This document shows positions 1 through 7,463 of a DNA stretch of 64,000 bases, one piece after another. Location of the stretch: the NCBI RefSeq assembly GCF_037447015.1, contig NZ_JBBIHK010000005.1, positions 15,437 through 79,436 on the forward strand, read 5' to 3'. Numbering within the stretch: position 1 is the stretch's first letter; each line of letters opens with the position of its first letter. Origin of the DNA: Nitrososphaera sp. (GTDB taxonomy: Archaea > Thermoproteota > Nitrososphaeria > Nitrososphaerales > Nitrososphaeraceae). Below the pieces are notes generated by a model that saw only the letters and a program-made list of their open reading frames with translations, was not told the DNA's origin and did not search any database. The position numbers and the translations under genes are program-made.

Positions 1-192
1 GACTGAACGATAGACTGCGTTTTCAACTGCCAGGTCGTCCTCTTTTGAAAGGTCGCCCAGGTACGTCCCCATCCCGATGCTTGACAGGCGCAGCCCGTCA
101 AACGTCCTGAAATGGCCCGGCGGCCTGCCCTTTGCCGCTGCCGCCTGCACAAATTTCTCCGTGCCCTGCGGCGTGGCAAACCCTTTGATCAC
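1..192 (-). CDS. aldo/keto reductase, N-terminal fragment (gene continues past window start)
   Basis: Absent from the ORF track because it has no stop in the window. Minus-strand translation from GTG at 192 reads MIKGFATPQGTEKFVQAAAAKGRPPGHFRTFDGLRLSSIGMGTYLGDLSKEDDLAVENAVYRSV, an AKR-like N-terminus. There is an alternative in-frame TTG at 264. Confidence 0.55.
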   Translation of the reverse strand, partial: MIKGFATPQGTEKFVQAAAAKGRPPGHFRTFDGLRLSSIGMGTYLGDLSKEDDLAVENAVYRSV

Positions 193-299
193 CGGGTAAT
201 CGTGGCTATCATGACCATCGTTATCATTATCATCACCACCAGTAGCAACGGCATCGGACGGCAATGCATGTGAAAGGGCGGCGACGGCGATAATAAACG

Positions 300-1148
300 A
301 TGTGCTCCCTTCAGGGGAGCAAGCCTTATCTTTCCAGGAGTGGAATTGTATTTGTGGCGCTAGACCCGAACGTGCTCAACCCGTTCGTGCTCTTTTCCCA
401 GCAGTCGCCGGCGCTGGCCCTTGCCGCGGTGGTGGCAGTCACGGCCGCGTCCGCAGCCCTTGCAGTGTCGGGGTCGCGCAGATTTTTCAACTCGTACAGG
501 TTCTCCGGCTTTGGGTACCTTCTCGGCCTGCCGGCGGGGTTCATGTTCCTTGCCGCGTCGTTTGCTTTCGAGCTTGCAAGCTTTGCATACCTGGACTACC
601 CGGTGCTCCACCCAGCCCTCTTTTGGATCCAGCTCCTGCTCCAGTCAGAGGCGTTTGCGCTCATCGCAGTCTCGTACTATTTCAAGGATTCCGGAAAGGA
701 GGGCGGGGCGCACAGCCGCAGGCGCGTCAGGCCAAGGGACGTGGGGATGGTCCTGCTGCCGCTTGCGATGGTTGCCATACCGTTCATGCTGCCCACCTCG
801 GAGCTTGCGTCCAAGCCCTACTTTAACTATGCAAGCCTGGCAGATTTCAGCCTCTACATGCGCATATTCAACATGGTGGTGCTAGGATACATATTCAAGA
901 GCGCGATATTCTCTCTTGCCAAGGCAGGTAGCGCAAGGATGCTGTATGTGCCTGCCGCGTTTGCGCTCCTGTGGCTTGAGCAGTACTCGCTTGTGATGAC
1001 GTACTTTGACAATAGCGCAGTCGCGTTTGCCGGCTCGCTTGTGGCAAGGATCGGCGGCCTGGCCCTGTTTGCCTACGCCATGCACCACGCAGTAGCCAGG
1101 AGGAAGAAGGAGGGGATTGGAGAGATTGAAGCAGGAAAAGCGGCATAA
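300..1148 (+). CDS. polytopic membrane protein, unknown function
   Basis: 282-aa ORF with several hydrophobic helices (AVVAVTAASAALAV, GYLLGLPAGFMFLAASFAF, VLLPLAMVAIPFML). The start is uncertain. Confidence 0.55.
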   Translation: MCSLQGSKPYLSRSGIVFVALDPNVLNPFVLFSQQSPALALAAVVAVTAASAALAVSGSRRFFNSYRFSGFGYLLGLPAGFMFLAASFAFELASFAYLDYPVLHPALFWIQLLLQSEAFALIAVSYYFKDSGKEGGAHSRRRVRPRDVGMVLLPLAMVAIPFMLPTSELASKPYFNYASLADFSLYMRIFNMVVLGYIFKSAIFSLAKAGSARMLYVPAAFALLWLEQYSLVMTYFDNSAVAFAGSLVARIGGLALFAYAMHHAVARRKKEGIGEIEAGKAA

Positions 1149-1398
1149 GCTCCAGCTGTTCTACGAGATACTCTGTGCGATAGAGGAGGACTGCGTGCGC
1201 AACGAGGTGGCAAGGCCGACCCACGTGCAGCATTTCACGCGCCTGTCGTACGACAAGATGATGAACCACCTGTCCGAGCTTGAGGAAAAGGGCATGATCC
1301 ACAGGGTGAGCGGCCTTGTGGCGATAACCGCCAAGGGAAAAAAGTTCATCGAGCAGTACGACGACCTGACGCGCCTTATCGAGAGCGCGGGCCTGTAG
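1117..1398 (+). CDS. small winged-helix DNA-binding protein
   Basis: 93 aa. LFYEILCAIEED...THVQHFTRLSYDKMMNHLSELEEKGMIHR is a wHTH-like pattern. It overlaps the upstream membrane gene by 32 nt. Confidence 0.65.
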   Translation: MERLKQEKRHKLQLFYEILCAIEEDCVRNEVARPTHVQHFTRLSYDKMMNHLSELEEKGMIHRVSGLVAITAKGKKFIEQYDDLTRLIESAGL

Positions 1399-1589
1399 CA
1401 AGAGGCTTGGCACCGCCATTGCCGCTCCCTCCCACCCCACCACCATCATCATCACGACAGGTCAGCCGTATGTAGCGCCAAGGAACAGGCGCGCAGCATA
1501 ACGACAAGAATGTTCCGGAAAACACGCACAGCGGCAGTGCGCTGCAAAGCAATCCCCATGTTATAATACGACGGCTGCGTAATGCACGC

Positions 1590-2126
1590 ATGGCTTCACT
1601 GGATTCAAAAGATCAGCATGAACCGGGCCAGGTACCGGAGGTTGTGCTGGCCAGGTGGGGGACGAGGTTCTGGGCATGGCTAGTGGATTTCATCATAGTA
1701 ACGACTGCGGCAGAGATACTCTTTGCAATAGCGTATTCTCCGCTTGCCTTCCTGCAGGGCGCCGGGGAAGAGGGTGTCAACCCGGCGCTGGGGGCGGCAA
1801 GGTACGCTGTGCAGAGCCTGATGTTCTTTGCATACTGGACATACTTTGAGTCGGCGGCCGCCGGCGCGACAGGGCAGTCAATAGGCAAAAAGCTGCTAAA
1901 GATAAAGACGACTGACCTGTCAGGCAGCAAGGCGCCGGACGTAAAGAGCGCGGCAATCCAGAGCTTTGGCAAGGCGTTCCTGCTGCCAATAGACGTGCTC
2001 CTCGGGTGGATATTCACAAACGACAAGAGGCAGAGGCTGCTGAGCAGGGCTGCAAACACCATAGTGGTCAAGGTTCCTGCAGAAGACGCAGGGACAGGAA
2101 ACGTCAGGTACAGGAAAGACAAGTAA
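1590..2126 (+). CDS. RDD family membrane protein
   Basis: 178 aa. The N-terminal RWGTRFWAWLVDFIIV and two to three TM helices are typical of RDD domain proteins. Confidence 0.7.
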   Translation: MASLDSKDQHEPGQVPEVVLARWGTRFWAWLVDFIIVTTAAEILFAIAYSPLAFLQGAGEEGVNPALGAARYAVQSLMFFAYWTYFESAAAGATGQSIGKKLLKIKTTDLSGSKAPDVKSAAIQSFGKAFLLPIDVLLGWIFTNDKRQRLLSRAANTIVVKVPAEDAGTGNVRYRKDK

Positions 2127-2149
2127 AAAGTAGCAGAGGAGTGGCCGAA

Positions 2150-2341
2150 ATGAAAAGGGCGCTCGTCCTGTTTGACACGGTCTTTGGCAACACCGAGAAA
2201 ATAGCCCGCAGCCTGGCAAAGGGGCTGCAGCAAGCAGGAGTCTAGGCTGAAGCAGTCAGCATCAGGACGGCAGGCATTGAAGAACGGCTTGCGGCAAAGG
2301 ACTATGACCTCTTGGCAGTCGGGGCTCCCACCAGTACTTGA
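2150..2341 (+). pseudogene. flavodoxin-like gene remnant (in-frame stops, 3' part missing)
   Basis: MKRALVLFDTVFGNTEKIARSLAKGLQQAGV is followed by TAG (2243-2245), then AEAVSIRTAGIEERLAAKDYDLLAVGAPTST and TGA (2339-2341). This is the flavodoxin N-terminal FMN-loop pattern (FxTxxGNT ... GxPT). The rest of the fold is absent and vapC ends at 2463. Confidence 0.55.
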
Positions 2342-2462
2342 CTGCCTACAGGCCTTCTTCTGTTGCTCGCCGTCCGTATATCCCGTTTCTGCTCTTTAGC
2401 AGGACGCGGCGGGGCATTCTGATGCCATTTATTGCAGCCTTTATGACCCCGTCTCGCCCTCA

Positions 2463-2846
2463 TTACCAGCCTTCTACGCGCAGTCCAGGCATACGCTCAA
2501 AGTGCTTTTTGTTTCTGGTTACCAGCGTCTGCTTGTTTGCAAGGGCAATGCTTGCTATCAGAAGGTCAGATTCACCGACAGGGTTTGACCCGTTGTTGAG
2601 GGCCCCTGCCATCCTTGCAGGGTCTCTGTCAAGTACAAGTAAAAAGAAGGCGTCCAAAAGTGCGTCAACTTTAGCAAGTTCTCTCTTAGGGTCTGTTGAT
2701 TTATACGCCCCCTTGTACAATTCAAAGGCGTTTATCATCGTGGTATGCAGCGGCTCCTGCATCGATTCCAGCTCTTCTAACTTGCTTTTTGCTGCAGAGT
2801 CTTTTCTCAGGTAAGCAACCAAAAAGTCGGTGTCAAGGCAGGCCAT
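2463..2846 (-). CDS. vapC: PIN-domain toxin VapC
   Basis: MACLDTDFLVAYLR ... ESDLLIASIALANKQTLVTRNKKHF contains the PIN acidic residues (D..E..D). It lies directly downstream of a small antitoxin-like gene. ATG at 2846 was chosen over the track start at 2873. Confidence 0.85.
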   Translation of the reverse strand: MACLDTDFLVAYLRKDSAAKSKLEELESMQEPLHTTMINAFELYKGAYKSTDPKRELAKVDALLDAFFLLVLDRDPARMAGALNNGSNPVGESDLLIASIALANKQTLVTRNKKHFERMPGLRVEGW

Positions 2847-2880
2847 TATTTCTTTTTCTCCAGACACAACCACACTACTG

Positions 2881-3114
2881 CTAAAGCTCTACGTCTCGGG
2901 TCCGAAAGTTTTTGCGGAATTCCTTGCTTGCCTGTTCGACCCTGTCGGCCAGCTCTGGCGAATGCAGATCATCCATCATCTCTAGCAGCCTTTGAGCGCT
3001 GCCCTTGTTTCCAGTTAGTCGGAGGATGACATCCGTAAACGATTCCCCCTCTTTCTTTGAGGCTTTTAGTGCCTTGTATGCTTTGTCTGTAATTGACAGC
3101 GTCCTTGTTGGCAT
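2881..3114 (-). CDS. vapB: VapB-type antitoxin
   Basis: MPTRTLSITDKAYKALKASKKEGESFTDVILRL resembles archaeal VapB-family antitoxins. It has an 8-nt gap or overlap geometry with vapC. The ATG at 3114 sits about 25 nt downstream of a TATA-like TTTAAATA. Confidence 0.75.
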   Translation of the reverse strand: MPTRTLSITDKAYKALKASKKEGESFTDVILRLTGNKGSAQRLLEMMDDLHSPELADRVEQASKEFRKNFRTRDVEL

Positions 3115-3122
3115 GACAATAT

Positions 3123-3140
3123 AATACACATATGTGTATT
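3123..3140. promoter_or_regulatory. 18-bp perfect palindrome overlapping the vapBC promoter
   Basis: AATACACATATGTGTATT (3123-3140) is its own reverse complement. It abuts the TATA-like box (TTTAAA, 3139-3144) and lies 9 nt upstream of the vapB ATG. Confidence 0.5.
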
Positions 3141-3254
3141 TAAACTTTGAAACCCTACTAAAACTCGAAATTCGTTGCAAGCTCAACGTGAGACTGAAAA
3201 CGTCTTGCAGTCATCTGCTGTGTCCAAAAATAGGAAAAGGCCTTATAATATAAT

Positions 3255-3611
3255 ATGAAACACCGAATGTTTCACATTCCGCAGCAATATTATGAAATCG
3301 TCAACCTAGAGAGGCTGAAGAAAAATAACAAGGACCCGAAGGGCAAGGCGGGCTTTGCCTTTGACACCAAGCTCGAATCGTTCGTGGCGGGAAGCGCGGC
3401 CAAGTTTATCGAAAAGAAGCTCAAAGAGATGGGTCTTGAGATCATCAGGCCCAGAGGCTCTGCCATAGTCATAGGGAAGCAAAAAAAGGAAGAGTCCAAG
3501 CCTGACGACGCGGCGCTCAAGGAGGGCATGGAAGAGCTTTTCGAGTCTGTGGGCAAAGAGCTTGGCAGGCTGTTGTTGCAGAGCAGGGAACAGAGGGCAG
3601 GCATAGCATAG
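3255..3611 (+). CDS. hypothetical protein (Lys/Glu-rich)
   Basis: 118-aa ORF in an otherwise empty interval, with the antisense ORFs being low-complexity. No recognisable motif. Confidence 0.5.
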   Translation: MKHRMFHIPQQYYEIVNLERLKKNNKDPKGKAGFAFDTKLESFVAGSAAKFIEKKLKEMGLEIIRPRGSAIVIGKQKKEESKPDDAALKEGMEELFESVGKELGRLLLQSREQRAGIA

Positions 3612-3653
3612 CGAAGACAACAGTCAAAAGATCTGACCTATCATGCAGCCTGC

Positions 3654-4562
3654 CTAAAAGAGCAGGCTTGCCGCAAGCACAAACCCGGTTATCCTTGAAT
3701 ACGTGACTGTGGCGTCCATCGCAGGCACAAGTCCCTGCACCGTGTCGTGATCTTGGCGCATGCGTGCCACCGCCTTTATCGCAAAAGGCAGCGAGACAAA
3801 GCTTGCAAGCGAGTACACCTTGGTAAAATTGAGCAAAACCCCGGCGGCGATGAGCACGTACGCCGCCACCATGAAAAGCGGGAGCGCCTTTGCACCCTTT
3901 TCCCTGCCGATCACAATCACGAGCGTGCGCCTCCCCTTTGACCTGTCAGCCTCAAAGTCAGGGAACGAGTTTACAAACAGCACGGTGGCAGACAGCAGAC
4001 CGACTATTATGCCGACAAACAGAGCAGCAGCGTCGATGACGCCGGTCTGCACGTAGAACGTGCCGAGCACTATCATTGCCCCCTTGATCCCGACGAACAG
4101 CTCGCCAAGGCCCGAGTTCACTATCGAGGTAGAGTAAAAGTAGATGGCGACGACTGCAAATCCGAGTATAACTGCTATCGTTATGCCGCGCACTGCCACA
4201 AAGTAGGCGCCTACGAGGACGCCAAGCACAAGGAACGCTACGCCGGCTGCGTAGACGGCCTTGGGGGTCAGGACATTTTCCGGCAGAACGCCGGTTCCGC
4301 CAGAGAATTTCGTCCGGGTTGTTGCCGAGTCTATGCCGCGCTTGTGGTCCCAGTAGTCGTTGAGCAGGTCGACGCTTGCGTGCAAAAAGGCGACGCCGGC
4401 GTAGGTGAGCCCCGCATAGAGCGGGTCAAACTGCCCGTACTTCCAGTAGGCTATGGCAAGGCCGTTGCTGACTGCAATGACTGACGCCAGCAGGAACCGT
4501 ATGCGGATCGCCCGCAGCCAGCTTGAAAGGATGAGAGTCGCCTTCACCACCACCACCGCCAC
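3654..4562 (-). CDS. UbiA-family prenyltransferase (MenA-like)
   Basis: 302 aa and polytopic. The first Asp-rich motif LNDYWDHKRGID and a second acidic region FPDFEADR are typical of UbiA/MenA enzymes. Confidence 0.85.
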   Translation of the reverse strand: MAVVVVKATLILSSWLRAIRIRFLLASVIAVSNGLAIAYWKYGQFDPLYAGLTYAGVAFLHASVDLLNDYWDHKRGIDSATTRTKFSGGTGVLPENVLTPKAVYAAGVAFLVLGVLVGAYFVAVRGITIAVILGFAVVAIYFYSTSIVNSGLGELFVGIKGAMIVLGTFYVQTGVIDAAALFVGIIVGLLSATVLFVNSFPDFEADRSKGRRTLVIVIGREKGAKALPLFMVAAYVLIAAGVLLNFTKVYSLASFVSLPFAIKAVARMRQDHDTVQGLVPAMDATVTYSRITGFVLAASLLF

Positions 4563-4584
4563 TCCTACCAGACGCTAGCAGTGC

Positions 4585-5982
4585 ATGGAGGCTTGTAACT
4601 CTTTTGAAGAGAAGATTAGGATAAAAGCTCAAAAGGCCGGCGCCTTTTTGACTGACGTGGCAGCAACTGTCAGCAGCAACCGCTCTGCAATCCTTGTGTC
4701 TGTGTTGGTGATGGGCGTGCTGTTTTCGTTCCTTTACCTTTCGGAATACATTATCGAGCAGGGCGAGGAGCTGCAGAGACAAGAGCTTCTCGGGGCAGCA
4801 AGGACGACTGCATGGATGGCCCACATCCCAAAACAGGACAAGGTCTGCTTTGCGATAGACGATGAGTTTCTTGTAAAACATAAAACGATTGCATCGTCGC
4901 TTGCAGACATGGAAGACATGGTCAGGCAGAGACAGGTGGTGTCAGACGAGCCGGTGGCAAGCACAGTAATACCGCTTGACAAGAAGGAAATGCTCAATAT
5001 CGCCAAGGCATACAGCTTCAACATGACTTCGGGCGTGGGCAAGAGCATCGACGGGATCTTTACAAACCGCGAGACGAGGTTTACCTGCACCGTGACGCAC
5101 GGCGGCAACTATTACGAGATCGTATTCTGGTTCACGTCGACGGAGCAGGTTAATGGAGACAGGGGATACGTGCCTGTCAGGATTGTCGACGGCCCTAGGC
5201 GGAGTTCAGAAACGCCTGTCACCTACGTCCCGTTCAACAACACTGCCCTCTTTATCAACGAACTCGCTTTCCCGGTCACGATAGAGATAACGTCAAACGC
5301 GCAGCACAGAGATAGCCGGACAATACTTCCGGGCAAGATGACGGCTTTTCACCTTACGCCAAACTGGTCAAGCCTCGACGACACCGTCTACCACTACTAC
5401 ATCAAAGAGACCGGGATTGAAGGGGATCTGGTCTCGTCGCTGAAATACTATGTAGGCTGCATCGACGGCAGGATTGCAGAGTCGCTGTACCGGGAGAGGA
5501 ACTTTGAACTTGCTTTTCCTTCTTATCTCCCGGCCGGCTTCAAGCCCGTGTGCTATGCCGAGTTCTCGACCGAGGCCGTGAGCTATGTCTATGCGAACCA
5601 GACTGCGATAGACCACTACGAGAAAAAATTGCAAGGATACAGGCCGTATCCAAATTACAACCCCTACCCTGATTCCATTTATGACCTGGTGCCGGACGAA
5701 GAGTCGCAGGGTCTGGTGCCTGTCTTGGGGATGAAATACTATGACCGCGATTCGGCTCCTTCTTTACGCGACAGTTATAACGAACTCGTCGAGGGGCAGT
5801 TTCCCGTGATAACAGAGATAAAGCTGACAGAGCTTGACGGTAGCGAAGACCTGATTCTATCTTATTACGAAGGAGAGAGGGCAGTAGCCATCCGCGCCTT
5901 TGCAGAAGAAAACACTGCTTACCGGTTCTCGGGTTTTGTTCAGCTCGACGAGCTTGTAAAAATGGCCCGGAGCATGGACTAG
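4585..5982 (+). CDS. membrane-anchored extracytoplasmic protein, unknown function
   Basis: 465 aa with a single N-terminal TM (ILVSVLVMGVLFSFLYL) followed by a long non-repetitive domain. Confidence 0.65.
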   Translation: MEACNSFEEKIRIKAQKAGAFLTDVAATVSSNRSAILVSVLVMGVLFSFLYLSEYIIEQGEELQRQELLGAARTTAWMAHIPKQDKVCFAIDDEFLVKHKTIASSLADMEDMVRQRQVVSDEPVASTVIPLDKKEMLNIAKAYSFNMTSGVGKSIDGIFTNRETRFTCTVTHGGNYYEIVFWFTSTEQVNGDRGYVPVRIVDGPRRSSETPVTYVPFNNTALFINELAFPVTIEITSNAQHRDSRTILPGKMTAFHLTPNWSSLDDTVYHYYIKETGIEGDLVSSLKYYVGCIDGRIAESLYRERNFELAFPSYLPAGFKPVCYAEFSTEAVSYVYANQTAIDHYEKKLQGYRPYPNYNPYPDSIYDLVPDEESQGLVPVLGMKYYDRDSAPSLRDSYNELVEGQFPVITEIKLTELDGSEDLILSYYEGERAVAIRAFAEENTAYRFSGFVQLDELVKMARSMD

Positions 5983-6029
5983 TAGATGGTTTGAAAAGGT
6001 TCATTAATGATGGAATTGAAGGCATTCCA

Positions 6030-6269
6030 ATGGCAGAGGCATATATTCTCATAAACTGCGAGCTTGGATCCGAGGACAACGTCATAAAGGAGCTGAAGGC
6101 GATACCAGGGGTTGCCGAAGTCAAGGGCGTGTTCGGGGTCTACGACATCATCGCAAGGGTCAACGCCGGGAACGACGAAGACCTGAAAAAGGCCGTTGCC
6201 AAGATCCGCTCCCACCAAGGAATAAAATCGAGCCTGACAATGATGGTCATAGAGGGTCAGGGGTCGTAA
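6030..6269 (+). CDS. stand-alone Lrp/AsnC ligand-binding (RAM) domain protein
   Basis: MAEAYILINCELGSEDNVIKELKAIPGVAEVKGVFGVYDIIARV is the classic RAM-domain pattern without an HTH. ATG at 6030 is preferred over the track start at 5991. Confidence 0.7.
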   Translation: MAEAYILINCELGSEDNVIKELKAIPGVAEVKGVFGVYDIIARVNAGNDEDLKKAVAKIRSHQGIKSSLTMMVIEGQGS

Positions 6270-6280
6270 GGAAACCGCCG

Positions 6281-6321
6281 TACCCCCTCCCTCCCCCCCA
6301 TAGTGCTCCACTCCTTTTAAG
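6281..6321 (+). repeat. C-rich intergenic module, copy A
   Basis: TACCCCCTCCCTCCCCCCCATAGTGCTCCACTCCTTTTAAG shares a 16-mer CCCCCTCCCTCCCCCC, an 8-mer GTGCTCCA and a terminal TATA-like box with 13386-13427. Confidence 0.7.
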
Positions 6322-6469
6322 TGCCACTCGTTTTACGTTGGCTGCCTGCGGGTCGTTGCCAACAACAACACAAGGTCTTTTGATTTGCAAGCCTGCAGGC
6401 ACTCTCCCCCTCCCTCTCGCTCTGTTTTGGAAATGAAAAAAGAAGAAAGGTTGGTTGGTGGTAGAAAAA

Positions 6470-6490
6470 GAGGCAGCGTCAGGCTGCCTC
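6470..6490. terminator. 8-bp stem hairpin between convergent genes
   Basis: GAGGCAGC-gtcag-GCTGCCTC. It overlaps the stop codon of the minus-strand gene ending at 6479. A terminator role is inferred from position only. Confidence 0.35.
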
Positions 6491-7429
6491 TGAGAAGGAA
6501 GAGGCGCGCTTTTCCGTCAGCGCCTCCTGCGTCTCGGGGCTTGGGCCCGACTCGATCACTATCGGCCTGTCTGCCAGGTTCTTTGTCGGCATCACCACCG
6601 TCTTGCCCTGCTCGTCCTTGAGAATGACGCTAAAGGCGCCCACCTGCTGCACCGTGCCGGCAAACCCGTCGTACGATATCTTTTGCCCAGGCTTCATGGC
6701 AGGCTGCACCACCATGCTGCCCTTTATCCAGGCAGGGAACGCCTCACGCAGGCCGTAGGCAAGCCCGGCGCCAAAGCCGATTGCGATTGCGGCTGCCAGG
6801 CCCCAGACGAGGGCAGAGATGACAGAGTTCAGTATCTGCTCGCCTATCCTCAGCTGCGAAGTCGCCACCACGAGCACGATTGCATAGAGCACTCCGGTCA
6901 TGACCAGCCCTATCGTCTTGCCGCCCATGACGCCCCTTGCAGGGAGCTCGCGCTGCATCCACGAGCCGACAAAGTCTGCTATGAGCGAGCCTATCACCAG
7001 GATTATCAGGAACGCTATAACGTTTGGCACCCACAGCCAGACAGAGTTTATCGCCTGGGACACCTGCTCGAACTGGAGCACGTTTACTGCTGCGGATATG
7101 AAGAACAGGTAGATGAACCACTTGGTGGCAGTCGAGAATATCTTGGTCATGTTCCACCCAGAGCGCGACGCGGCCTTGCCTATGCCGGTTTTGCCCCAGT
7201 ACGAATCGAGGTTGAGCGCGCGTGACACCTTTTTTACGGCCCAGCCGGCGACCTTGCCCACCAGGTACCCGATGCCAAGCAGTATCAGCGCCGCTATCAC
7301 CAGCGGCAGGGCGTTTGCCACGGTGGTGCCAAATTCGGTTAATGCATCAGTGACAGGCTCTGTTACGCCCTGGCCGGCCGTCTGCAATGCGGTCAGGAGC
7401 AACACGACGTCAACAAATCCAAGGTTCAT
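6479..7429 (-). CDS. mechanosensitive-channel-like membrane protein (TM-helix repeat plus beta domain)
   Basis: 316 aa with repeated TM helices bearing GxxVG(K/S) motifs. The C-terminal soluble segment (GQKISYDGFAGTVQQVGAFSVILKDEQGKTVVMPTKNL) resembles the MscS beta domain. Confidence 0.65.
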   Translation of the reverse strand: MNLGFVDVVLLLTALQTAGQGVTEPVTDALTEFGTTVANALPLVIAALILLGIGYLVGKVAGWAVKKVSRALNLDSYWGKTGIGKAASRSGWNMTKIFSTATKWFIYLFFISAAVNVLQFEQVSQAINSVWLWVPNVIAFLIILVIGSLIADFVGSWMQRELPARGVMGGKTIGLVMTGVLYAIVLVVATSQLRIGEQILNSVISALVWGLAAAIAIGFGAGLAYGLREAFPAWIKGSMVVQPAMKPGQKISYDGFAGTVQQVGAFSVILKDEQGKTVVMPTKNLADRPIVIESGPSPETQEALTEKRASSFSEAA

Positions 7430-7463
7430 GCATACAGAGACGTAACTATTGCTTTAATGACTT

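Noticed and set aside
2243-2245. In-frame TAG in the flavodoxin-like frame read as pyrrolysine or programmed readthrough
   Set aside because: No pyl genes or context are visible. A second in-frame stop (TGA) follows and the gene lacks its 3' half, so a pseudogene is the simpler reading.
2255-2264. 10-nt match (GCAGTCAGCA) between the flavodoxin remnant and the 16-nt att-like repeat
   Set aside because: A 10-mer match somewhere in 64 kb is not unlikely by chance, and the flanking bases do not match.
6385-6621. 78-aa plus-strand ORF
   Set aside because: Most of it is antisense to the mechanosensitive-channel-like gene, and it is Arg/Pro/Ser-rich.
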